From: a virus | Lineage: Duplodnaviria > Caudoviricetes | Direction: 5' to 3' (one strand) | IMG/VR virus record: IMGVR_UViG_3300021426_000086 | Location: 11,366-75,365 of that record | DNA: 64,000 bases | Shown: positions 49,161 through 57,041 of the stretch, piece after piece | Position numbering within the stretch: position 1 is the stretch's first letter | How the letters are laid out: every line of letters begins with the position of its first letter | Program-made: the position numbers and the translations under genes | The notes under the pieces: generated by a model | What the model was told of the DNA's origin: nothing | Seen by the model: only the letters and a program-made list of their open reading frames with translations | Database searches by the model: none

Positions 49161-49507
49161 AAGTGTTGCAATCTGTGGGGGGGGGGTACTCCCATCAGAC
49201 TGTAGCACTCTACAGGTGTAAGTTTTCGGATGTCGAAGTAGCGCACAGGGTGCGTTGGGTCCTTCTTGCCTTGCAAGTCGGGATGCCCGTCGGGATAAAT
49301 TTTTGCAATCATAAATTTTCTGAGTTTATTTATAGTTCTTTCTTCGCATACGAAATAGTGGTTACGCGATGATATGCCTGCAAGTATGGTTATCGCTATC
49401 TGGCGATGCGCCTGCTGGTTGTAGGTGTCGAGCATTTCGCCATGGTAGTCTGGCTCCCAATACCCCCCCTGAATCATTGCGTTTAGCCGCGAGTTATTAT
49501 AGTTCAT
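49157..49507 (-). CDS. TRD cassette M2 (G7, in frame) fused to MTase motif IX; C10 separates it from the core
   Basis: MNYNNSRL...LDTYNQ...ITI...NHYFV, then IRKLTPVECYSLMGV (motif IX). C8 or C11 would join it in frame to the core. Confidence 0.85.
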   Translation of the reverse strand: MNYNNSRLNAMIQGGYWEPDYHGEMLDTYNQQAHRQIAITILAGISSRNHYFVCEERTINKLRKFMIAKIYPDGHPDLQGKKDPTHPVRYFDIRKLTPVECYSLMGVPPPHRLQHL

Positions 49508-49645
49508 ATTCAATCAGTATCTTAGGTTTGTCGGTATCGTGCCCATTACCCCCCCTGCAAGGCAAAGGGCAGGCCCTTTGGGGCTTACCACTATGCCGTT
49601 TTGGCTGGGGCTGTACTGACCCAGAATAATAGGTTTATCGCTCAT
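49497..49645 (-). other. TRD-like cassette M1, out of frame (G7; G8 restores)
   Basis: With G8: MSDKPIILGQYSPSQNGIVVSPKGPALCLAGGGNGHDTDKPKILIEYEL. Confidence 0.8.
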
Positions 49646-49959
49646 ACCTCGGGATGATTACTCTGCCTTGCACTCCATTCCAGGTTGGTGTAGTGATTAT
49701 TGTCGCGGTTGCCATCCTTGTGCAGCACGTTAGGTAGGTTGTCGGGGTTGGGAATAAATGCCTCGGCCACCAGGCGGTGTACCTTAAACGTCTTACCCTG
49801 CAGACGCACGCGGCGGTAGCCTTTGCCATTGAAAGTGGCAATGCGGTGCCACGTCTTTGGGTCGCTCTCTGGGTTGGTGGTGCTCAGCACCTGACCATCA
49901 TCAGTAACATAATAAATGGTTTTACCCTTCTGGTAAAATTTCTGAATTGTTGCTCTCAT
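49642..49959 (-). CDS. HNH endonuclease (homing type)
   Basis: VHRLVAEAFIPNP.NLP.V.HKDGNR.NN...NLEW. Confidence 0.88.
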   Translation of the reverse strand: MRATIQKFYQKGKTIYYVTDDGQVLSTTNPESDPKTWHRIATFNGKGYRRVRLQGKTFKVHRLVAEAFIPNPDNLPNVLHKDGNRDNNHYTNLEWSARQSNHPEV

Positions 49960-50019
49960 TTTATATCGCCTTAAAAATTTGATGTAAAGGTAGGATTTTG
50001 TGCCGACACATGGCGGACA

Positions 50020-51267
50020 TCAGCGCCCCTGGCGGGCGAGGTGGATGGTGACGCTCTGGCCGAAGTATTGGCGGATGATGGCGTTAAACTGGTCGGCCTC
50101 TGTGCCGGTGGTCAGGCGGTCGGCCAACTGGGGTTGACTGCGATCGTACACGTAGGTAACGGTGTGCGACTGCTGCTTGTAGTTGCCAAACCACACGTCG
50201 GCACCGCTTAGCTCCATGTCCTGCTTCAGTCGCTCCCACACCTTCTCTTTTGCTGCCATTGCCTGCTCGGGTGTTAGTCCTGGCTCTGCCGCCTCGGCCT
50301 GTGCAAACATATCGGGCGTGGTGTCGGGTGCTGGCAGGTGGGCGTGGTTCACCACCACGTTGTAAGCCGTTCCCAGTGCCGTATGTTTTACGTGGAACAC
50401 CACTGCCTCGGGGTCGCCCTTGCGGCGTGTGCCTGGGTAGTGCAGGTCGTAGGTGTATGTAATGTCGGTGGTTGGTGGCTCTTGGCTGGCCATGCGCTGC
50501 AAATCTTTCTGTACGGCATCCAGCACCTTCTGCTTAAAGTTCGAGAACATCGGATAGGCCGTGGCCGATATGCCCAGATACTCCTTCAGTTCCATCAGCG
50601 GAATGCGCACGTCGGTCTGCTCGGCGCCTTTGGGCAGTGCCCGCATCAGCAGCAGATATATGCGCGGTGTGCTGCGCTTGGTGCTGTAGAGTGCTATCAT
50701 CTTCAGGTGGTTCACGTAGCCCTTACTCATGTCGAATGCCCACTGTGCTGCGTCGGGGTTAATCTTCACGTCGATATATGCCGTCTTGCGTGGCACTGCA
50801 TCGGGCTGTCCGTCCTTGCGTGTAAAGCTGTACCAGTCGCCCGTGTCTTTAAACCCGAACTGACTGAACACGTTGGTTCGCAGTATGCGCCCAGTTGGTC
50901 GGCCTTCGTCGTCAAACTCGGGATGATCCACCGCCATGTTTATCTCGTCGATGGCCCGTCGGGCAGCTTCGTAGTTGCTGGGTTGCACTCCCAGGTCTTG
51001 CAGCCATATCCGCAGCGGTGGTATGCCCTCCTGCAGCACGTACTGACTGAATAGCGGCTTGGGTGTGCCTTTGGCTCGGTCCAGCTTCATGTCGTAGAAT
51101 CGCTTAATGTATGGTGCCAGCACGTCCGTCACCATCAGCAGCGCCTGTTGCTGTATCAGGCTCAGTCCTGCCATCAGTGTGGTGTACGTCCAAGGTGTCT
51201 TGCTCCATGTGCGCTGTTCCACCATCTGCTGCATCAGCTCTAATTGCGTTAAACTATTATTTGGCAT
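50020..51267 (-). CDS. plasmid-type replication initiator (Rep_3/RepB winged-helix family)
   Basis: IPLMELKEYLGI...YPMFSNFKQKVLD motif; iteron-like repeats upstream; next to parA. Confidence 0.7.
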   Translation of the reverse strand: MPNNSLTQLELMQQMVEQRTWSKTPWTYTTLMAGLSLIQQQALLMVTDVLAPYIKRFYDMKLDRAKGTPKPLFSQYVLQEGIPPLRIWLQDLGVQPSNYEAARRAIDEINMAVDHPEFDDEGRPTGRILRTNVFSQFGFKDTGDWYSFTRKDGQPDAVPRKTAYIDVKINPDAAQWAFDMSKGYVNHLKMIALYSTKRSTPRIYLLLMRALPKGAEQTDVRIPLMELKEYLGISATAYPMFSNFKQKVLDAVQKDLQRMASQEPPTTDITYTYDLHYPGTRRKGDPEAVVFHVKHTALGTAYNVVVNHAHLPAPDTTPDMFAQAEAAEPGLTPEQAMAAKEKVWERLKQDMELSGADVWFGNYKQQSHTVTYVYDRSQPQLADRLTTGTEADQFNAIIRQYFGQSVTIHLARQGR

Positions 51268-51294
51268 AGCGTTTTTGCTGTTTTTTTAGTGCTT

Positions 51295-51490
51295 AAACTA
51301 TATCTTTGTTAGAGTAAACCGCCCTGTATCGCCCTGTTTATGCGGGTTTTTGCCCTCGGTAATATACTTATACGCCACTCTATAAAGGCTGAGAAATAAT
51401 ATAAATATAGTAATGTATGTATATTTACTCTAACCGAAATATAGTTTAGGCGGTGTTTTGGGGTGCGATTACTATAACCGATTTATAGTT
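51295..51490. repeat. three 21-22 bp iteron-like repeats (AACTATAWWTYKGTTAKAGTA)
   Basis: 51295-51316 forward; 51426-51447 and 51470-51490 inverted. Confidence 0.65.
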
Positions 51491-51864
51491 CAGGCGTTTT
51501 TCCCCTCCTGTCGGTCCAGCCAGTCGATGATGGCCTCGCCTGCTATCTGGGCTATATTCTGCTTGCGCAGAGTTTTCTGCTGCATCAGTCGCATGTAGTC
51601 CTTCAGTGGCAGATACGTTTGCACACCCTTGGTGTCAGGCCCCTTTAGGCCGATGATTTGTTCAGCTGCCTGGGGACTGGTACCTGGCAGGGCACTCTCG
51701 TTGGCTTGGTAGCTGCCAGGTACCTGTCCCCTGGCAGGTGCAGTTGCGTCTGATGGCGCAGCGGCTGTGCCGCCGTCGCTCGGCTTCTGATAGCCGCGAG
51801 TGATACGCTTTTCGGCGTCGTTCACCAAGCTATTCTCGATATCGTCAAAATTCCATTTTTCCAT
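51490..51864 (-). CDS. ParG-like ribbon-helix-helix partition protein
   Basis: Disordered N-terminal half; C-terminal GVQTYLP..YMRL......NIAQIAGEAIIDWL; directly after parA. Confidence 0.6.
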   Translation of the reverse strand: MEKWNFDDIENSLVNDAEKRITRGYQKPSDGGTAAAPSDATAPARGQVPGSYQANESALPGTSPQAAEQIIGLKGPDTKGVQTYLPLKDYMRLMQQKTLRKQNIAQIAGEAIIDWLDRQEGKNA

Positions 51865-51875
51865 AACGTCTATAA

Positions 51876-52727
51876 TTAATGTTGAAACATCTCCCTCACC
51901 AGTTCATCATAGGCGTTGGCCGCACTCTGCTTTTCGCGGCGGGGCAGGCCCTCTCCGTACTCATACACATCCTGCTTCTTGGTCTGCGCCTCCGTTACTT
52001 TTATCTCGCGTGGTATCACCGTGCGCAGCACTCGGTCGCCATAGGCACGGCGCAGATACTCCATAAAGCCTCGCGATATGTTCGGTCGTGCGTCCACCAT
52101 CGTGGGCAGTATGCCTCGCAGTGCCAGTTTGTCGTTCAGCAGCTCGCGCACCTCCTTCAGCTGGTTCAGTATAGGTGCCAGAGCGTTCACTGGCAGTCCC
52201 TCCATCTGCACGGGCACCAGCAGGCTGTCGGCTGCACCCATCGCGTTCATCGTGCGCATTGATAGGTCGGGCGGGCAGTCAATCAGCACGTAGTCGAAGT
52301 AGTCCTCAATGCTGGTGATGCCGTGGCCTGATAAGTCCTCGGGTTCAGCATGCAGCAGTCGGTCAAGCACCTTGTTTGGTGCCAACTGCTTCACCAGTGC
52401 GGGGTCGATACACTGCAGCTCGGGGCTTGCCGGTGTGTAGTATATGCTGCCGCCCGTCTGCAGCAGTCGCTCGTAGATGGGCAACTTGCCGCTGCTCGTC
52501 GCCATCGCGTCGGTCAGCGTAGGCGTCACCATCTGGTCGGGTTGCGCCCCCATCAGTTTTGTCAGATCGCCGCTTGGGTCCATGTCGATTACCAGTATGC
52601 GCCAGTACTGGCGATAGCGCACCATAGCGGCTGCCAGCGATTGCACGGTGGTAGTCTTGCCCACTCCACCCTTGTTGTTCACAATGGCGATAATTTCTTT
52701 CAGTCTGTGTAAATTCTCTGTTGCCAT
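51876..52727 (-). CDS. parA: ParA/Soj partition ATPase
   Basis: NNKGGVGKTT, LVIDMDP, YVLIDCPP motifs. Confidence 0.92.
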   Translation of the reverse strand: MATENLHRLKEIIAIVNNKGGVGKTTTVQSLAAAMVRYRQYWRILVIDMDPSGDLTKLMGAQPDQMVTPTLTDAMATSSGKLPIYERLLQTGGSIYYTPASPELQCIDPALVKQLAPNKVLDRLLHAEPEDLSGHGITSIEDYFDYVLIDCPPDLSMRTMNAMGAADSLLVPVQMEGLPVNALAPILNQLKEVRELLNDKLALRGILPTMVDARPNISRGFMEYLRRAYGDRVLRTVIPREIKVTEAQTKKQDVYEYGEGLPRREKQSAANAYDELVREMFQH

Positions 52728-52817
52728 AATTGTATTAATTTATATTAATATTGGTCTATTATTTACGTCGTGATAATGCACTACAAAAATTGTGCCAAAA
52801 TTTACGTCGTTGTTTAC

Positions 52818-52872
52818 ATCAAGAAATCAATCAATCAACATTTCTTGATTTCTTGATTTCAAGAAAATCAAC
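52818..52872. repeat. ATCAA/TTCTTGAT repeat cluster, parS-like; second cluster at 54489-54570
   Basis: TTGATTTCTTGATTTCAAGAA is identical at 52845-52865 and 54536-54556. Confidence 0.6.
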
Positions 52873-54337
52873 GAAGCAGTCCGCTTGCGCCCAATCCTAT
52901 TAGTCCCAGCGGGATGATAAGCCCCGTTTGCCATACTATAACGATAGCCAATGTGGCAGCAGCCAGATATCCTGCGCTTCGCATCAGTTTACGTCCTGCC
53001 GATTCCTCCTCTTCCTCCTCAAACAGCTCCAGCTGCTTAGGCTTTTCTAAAATGGGCTTACGAGCCTCACGGCTGGCGTTGCCCTGGTCGGTAGTAATAT
53101 TGGTTTTCGTATTGGTGTCCCCTGCCGCTGCGGGGGCGGCATCGTTGGCGGCATCGTTGCAAAGATGTTTCAAGTCAGGCGCAACGTTGGCAGCCTCCGA
53201 TGTTTGGATTTCAGTTGTCAAATTGTCTTTGACAACTCTATACACCTTTGGAGTCACATCGTTGCTCAAGCCCACCTCTACGGTGCAACCCTCAGTCACG
53301 CCCAGTTCCTCCATTTTTCGCTCGCTGTATAATGAAGCCTTGCTCACCTCGCGCCCCATTATCATCACCGGCTGCAGATACGCCACTGGTGTGCGGCGAC
53401 CACTCTCGGCCACCTTCACTTCGATACGCAGCACCTTTGTCAGCGCCTTGCAGGCCGTGAACTTATAGGCTATGTTGCCCTTGGGGTGATGCTCGGTGAA
53501 TCCTAAGCTGGCAGCACTCACCTTGCCGTCTATCTTAATCACCACACCGTCGGTGGGGTATAGATATGCCTCGCGCTCAGCTTCGTACTGGTCCAGCATA
53601 CGGGTCACGTCGGCCACCTCGCATGAGCGATAGTCGGCTGTAAAGCCCAGATTGCGGCATGCCTGCATGCTCTTACCCTCCATCAGCGAGTCGGCGCCCT
53701 GATAGTCCATCTGCCAGGCCATAAACGCCAGCTGCGATACCTCGCTTGTTGGCACCATCTGGTTGGTCAGTGCCGATGCAGCCGTGCGGCAGTCCTTATA
53801 TCCCAGGCTCGAAAGTTCAGCTTTGGGGCATACTATCTCGCCGCGCACCTCTACGCGCCCCGCCATAGTTATTTGTTTGGGCACAGAGGGCATCATTCTT
53901 ACATGGCTTAGTAAGTCCTGTCCCCGGTCCTTATCGCCGCGAGTAGCAGCCGAAATCAGCGTACCGTCCTGGTACACCAGCGAGCAGCTGATGCCGTCGT
54001 ACTTCCATTCCATCACCAGCGATGGCTCATACCCTAACGCCTTGGTGGTTTTCTTCATCCACTTATCCACGGCCTCGCGCGTCTGCGCCTTCTGGCACGA
54101 CAGCATACGAGTGCGATGGGCAATCAGTCGGCGACCGTTGTCCTGTAGATCGCTACCCACCTGCTGCGTGGGGCTGTCGGCCAGCGTCCACTCAGGATGC
54201 TCCGCCTCGGCCTGTTCTATCTCGCTCACCAGTGCATCAAACTGCGCATCGCTTACCGATGGCTGGCTCATTACGTAGTATTCGTAACTCAGCTGCTTGC
54301 ACTTGTCCACCAGTGCTGTGTATTCCTGTCGTGTCAT
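52868..54337 (-). CDS. ligA: truncated NAD-dependent DNA ligase with a hydrophobic C-terminus
   Basis: Domain Ia (YY..SQP.VSD..FD), KYDG, VRGEI, DGVVIK, AYKF, OB fold; no Zn finger, HhH or BRCT visible. Confidence 0.85.
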   Translation of the reverse strand: MTRQEYTALVDKCKQLSYEYYVMSQPSVSDAQFDALVSEIEQAEAEHPEWTLADSPTQQVGSDLQDNGRRLIAHRTRMLSCQKAQTREAVDKWMKKTTKALGYEPSLVMEWKYDGISCSLVYQDGTLISAATRGDKDRGQDLLSHVRMMPSVPKQITMAGRVEVRGEIVCPKAELSSLGYKDCRTAASALTNQMVPTSEVSQLAFMAWQMDYQGADSLMEGKSMQACRNLGFTADYRSCEVADVTRMLDQYEAEREAYLYPTDGVVIKIDGKVSAASLGFTEHHPKGNIAYKFTACKALTKVLRIEVKVAESGRRTPVAYLQPVMIMGREVSKASLYSERKMEELGVTEGCTVEVGLSNDVTPKVYRVVKDNLTTEIQTSEAANVAPDLKHLCNDAANDAAPAAAGDTNTKTNITTDQGNASREARKPILEKPKQLELFEEEEEESAGRKLMRSAGYLAAATLAIVIVWQTGLIIPLGLIGLGASGLLR

Positions 54338-54719
54338 ATACCTTATTATATTTAAAGGGTTGTTGTAAACTCGTAATTAAACGCTGCCCATGCCATCAGG
54401 GCTGCCATTATCCAAAGCCCGATGTTCGAGGCTGTAGGATATTTGTCGATAGTTCTAAAAATCTGCTCCATACTCCGTAAATGTTTAAATCAATCAATAT
54501 TGCAATCATTAAATCATTCATTCTTTCAATCAATGTTGATTTCTTGATTTCAAGAACTCTTGATTCTTGGGCAAAATTACAATAAATATCTTGTACTTCC
54601 AAATATTTCAGCCAAAAAATACAATATATAGCTTTAATTTAACTTTGGTTTACTAATACAATCTATATATTTACATAAATTCACAAAAACAATATATATA
54701 TTTATTTATTGCAAAATTA

Positions 54720-54751
54720 TTTGGATTATTCCAGATTATTACCTATATTTG
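54720..54751 (+). promoter_or_regulatory. Bacteroidetes promoter TTTG-20 nt-TATATTTG
   Basis: Full consensus upstream of 54787. Confidence 0.75.
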
Positions 54752-54786
54752 CACCCGTAAATGTTTAAATATATATATTGTAATCT

Positions 54787-55044
54787 ATGAACATCAAGAA
54801 AGTTATCAAGGACCACGGCTTCAGTACTCAGCAGATAGCCCAGGCGCTCAATATCAGTCAGCAGGCCGTCAGTCAGGCCATCAATGGCAATCCCTCGTTG
54901 TCACGCCTTCAGGAGATAGCCCGCGTGGTGGGCATCCCAGTCAGCGAGCTTGTGGCCGACGAGCCAACGCCCGATATCCAGCAGGGTAGGGGCGAAGTTA
55001 AGATAGGCGATAAGATATACGAAGTCACTATTAAGGAACTTTGA
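54787..55044 (+). CDS. XRE-family HTH regulator
   Basis: TQQIAQALNISQQAVSQAINGNPSLSRLQEIA. Confidence 0.85.
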   Translation: MNIKKVIKDHGFSTQQIAQALNISQQAVSQAINGNPSLSRLQEIARVVGIPVSELVADEPTPDIQQGRGEVKIGDKIYEVTIKEL

Positions 55045-55056
55045 AATATTACTATT

Positions 55057-55491
55057 ATGAAACGAATTAGCCTAATTCTATTGGCAGCAATGCTCGCTAT
55101 CATTGTGCCCACATCGTGCAGCAAGGAAGATGATCCTTACCACATCGACAAAACCTACGCAGCCGACGATTTTGTTAAGACCGACCGCAACATCCGCGAA
55201 AAGCTGGTAGGTAAGTGGCTCATCGAGCAGATGAAGGTAGGCCACACCACCTACTCAGCCCAAGACCTCGGCTCGGGCCACAACGCATGGTTCCGTGCCG
55301 ACGGCACGTGCGATATACTGTCGTTATCCGAAGCCCAGTGGAGTGTAGAGAGCCAGCGTGTCACCATCACCTATATGGATGAGGAGGAGCACCAGCGCAA
55401 AACCCTCGGCACGTTTGGCGTGGGTACCTTCGATGCCTGGCACATCACCCTTACCAGTACCGCCCGCACCATCAAACTCTACCACCAATAA
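55057..55491 (+). CDS. lipocalin-like lipoprotein
   Basis: Signal peptide ending TSC-SKEDD; LVGKWL motif. Confidence 0.7.
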   Translation: MKRISLILLAAMLAIIVPTSCSKEDDPYHIDKTYAADDFVKTDRNIREKLVGKWLIEQMKVGHTTYSAQDLGSGHNAWFRADGTCDILSLSEAQWSVESQRVTITYMDEEEHQRKTLGTFGVGTFDAWHITLTSTARTIKLYHQ

Positions 55492-55500
55492 GCGCAACGA

Positions 55501-55530
55501 AAAAGAGCCAGCCTCACGGTTGGCCCTTTT
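55501..55530 (+). terminator. terminator after the lipoprotein gene
   Basis: AAAAGAGCCA...TGGCCCTTTT stem. Confidence 0.6.
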
Positions 55531-55749
55531 CGTTTTGAAACGCTTTTCAATAATTCATTACCTTAGACTTAAACTAAAATCAAAATACTATTATTAACCT
55601 AAATTCTAATAAAGTAAACATCTATGATTTCTGCCCGATGGTGGCAAAAACCGCTGATTTCTCAGTTATAGTATAAAAAAGAGCTGCCGATCTTCGCAGA
55701 TGGGCAGCCCTGAAATAACAATTTAATACGCTATAAAGATATAAAAACA

Positions 55750-55776
55750 TGGTGGCCGTGGTGGGAGTCGGACCCA
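55750..55776 (-). other. tRNA 3'-end-like fragment (T-arm, acceptor strand, CCA)
   Basis: TGGG-TCCGACT-CCCA-CCACGGCCA-CCA; no complementary 5' half found. Confidence 0.4.
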
Positions 55777-55910
55777 TTTTCAGATAACCAGTGATATCCC
55801 AGGCCGTGTATAATGTAAGAGCGCGGGGGCGCCGTGTGGTAGGAGTGCCGCAGCATTCAGGGGTGTCGGTCGCCCCTCTCGCGCTCTTGGGGTGGTTTAG
55901 TCGTCCTCGT

Positions 55911-56177
55911 TCAGTCGCCCTGCACAGTTATCTCAAACACGCGGTCGAGTGCCTGCTCCAGGCGGGTGCGTAGATCGTCGGCTTGCTTCTGATAGGCACG
56001 CAGGTTAGCCATTGCGCCTCGCAGATCCATTACTGTGCTGCTGTTGGCATCAGCTGCCAGATAGTAGCGATATTTGCTCACTGCACGCTGCTGTGCCTCC
56101 AGTTTATACTCAGCCTCTAAAAGCTGCTCGTTCAGTTTACTTATTGTTTCAACTGCTTTCTTGCTCAAATTTGCCAT
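55911..56177 (-). CDS. coiled-coil hypothetical protein
   Basis: 88-aa ORF. Confidence 0.6.
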   Translation of the reverse strand: MANLSKKAVETISKLNEQLLEAEYKLEAQQRAVSKYRYYLAADANSSTVMDLRGAMANLRAYQKQADDLRTRLEQALDRVFEITVQGD

Positions 56178-56237
56178 AATTCCGTGATATTTTATAGGTT
56201 CTATAATATATATATAATATGTGGGGTAGGGCGATGA

Positions 56238-56735
56238 TTACTTGTGATATACGGGGTTAAAATAGCGGTCGGCTATTTTGATAACCAGGGCGCAAAAGCG
56301 CTCGTTACCCTCAATAGGCATCATACGGCGCTTGTTGTAATCATCGTGGCCATAGATAGGGCTACAAAAGTACAGATTGGTTTTACCCAGCATAGGGCGC
56401 TTAGCGTAGGGGCTGTCGGGCTCCTTAATCTCGCGGCGCAACATTTCGGCTACATTGTGGCGCTGTGCGCCCTTGTAAAAGCCGTGGCGGATGATACACG
56501 CCTTCTCTATCTCCAGTCGCTCCAGGGTGTGCTTCTGGGGGTATGTGATAGCAAATGCGTTGCGATACACGCGGTTGCTGGGGGCGTGGTTGCAAACAAA
56601 CTCGTAAACAGCTCGGCGATCGGGCACCCAGCCAACTATACGTGCAAACAGCTTATATATCTGTGTGCTGTCCTCAGTGCGCAAAATGCGCTCTATCTCT
56701 TTCTTTGTGATAGTTTTACCATTGTAAGTTTTCAT
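56238..56735 (-). CDS. hypothetical early protein
   Basis: 165-aa ORF. Confidence 0.65.
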   Translation of the reverse strand: MKTYNGKTITKKEIERILRTEDSTQIYKLFARIVGWVPDRRAVYEFVCNHAPSNRVYRNAFAITYPQKHTLERLEIEKACIIRHGFYKGAQRHNVAEMLRREIKEPDSPYAKRPMLGKTNLYFCSPIYGHDDYNKRRMMPIEGNERFCALVIKIADRYFNPVYHK

Positions 56736-56746
56736 ATCCGTAATGT

Positions 56747-56789
56747 GTTTAAATTGTTATTACTCTAATTAATTTCTGATATTATAACG
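56747..56789. repeat. 43-bp intergenic direct repeat (second copy 57616-57658; degenerate copies near 58571 and 59401)
   Basis: 2 mismatches between the two main copies. Confidence 0.85.
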
Positions 56790-56798
56790 TAAGGGATG

Positions 56799-57029
56799 TT
56801 AGGCCCAGCCACGCTCCAAAGTTACTGTAGTGGTGCAGCCTACATGGGGATAGGTATTGCATCGTGGTGTGTCGTACTGATAGCCATTTTTAACGTTTCT
56901 CAGGGTGTAGCGGGCTGCATCCTGGGCCTTGTTCGAGGCCATAAGATAGCGGCCACGCTGGGCGCTTGTATTGGTGGTGTATTCCTGACGGGTGCCGTCG
57001 CCGAATACTTTAACTGTTCGTAATATCAT
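56799..57029 (-). CDS. small hypothetical protein
   Basis: 76-aa ORF. Confidence 0.55.
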   Translation of the reverse strand: MILRTVKVFGDGTRQEYTTNTSAQRGRYLMASNKAQDAARYTLRNVKNGYQYDTPRCNTYPHVGCTTTVTLERGWA

Positions 57030-57041
57030 AATCGTGCTAAT

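Larger units (their letters stand above)
45840..49555. repeat. cluster of 13 G/C homopolymers (7-10 nt), putative phase-variation switches
   Basis: Plus-strand C runs at 45840, 46035, 46384, 46548, 46748, 46857, 47122, 47406, 47648, 47772, 49463, 49549; G10 at 49177. No other run of 7 or more G/C noticed in the window. Confidence 0.9.

Noticed and set aside
45651-49645. Explaining the MTase fragments as sequencing error or pseudogene decay
   Set aside because: Individual tract lengths may be miscalled, and this needs checking. However, error does not explain 13 long G/C runs confined to one locus, genuine stop/start junctions in tract-free cassettes, or synonymous divergence of M7/M13.
47841-49959. 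Classical type II restriction-modification pair (HNH plus MTase)
   Set aside because: The 105-aa HNH is of the free-standing homing type with no obvious specificity domain, and a restriction partner would be dangerous with a switching MTase. Kept only as a minor hypothesis.
54408-54602. 64-aa ORF upstream of the ligase
   Set aside because: It runs through the ATCAA repeat cluster in AT-rich regulatory DNA and is probably spurious.
55750-55830. Complete tRNA gene
   Set aside because: No D-arm, anticodon arm or complementary 5' acceptor strand; the upstream copy CACGGCC is direct, not inverted.
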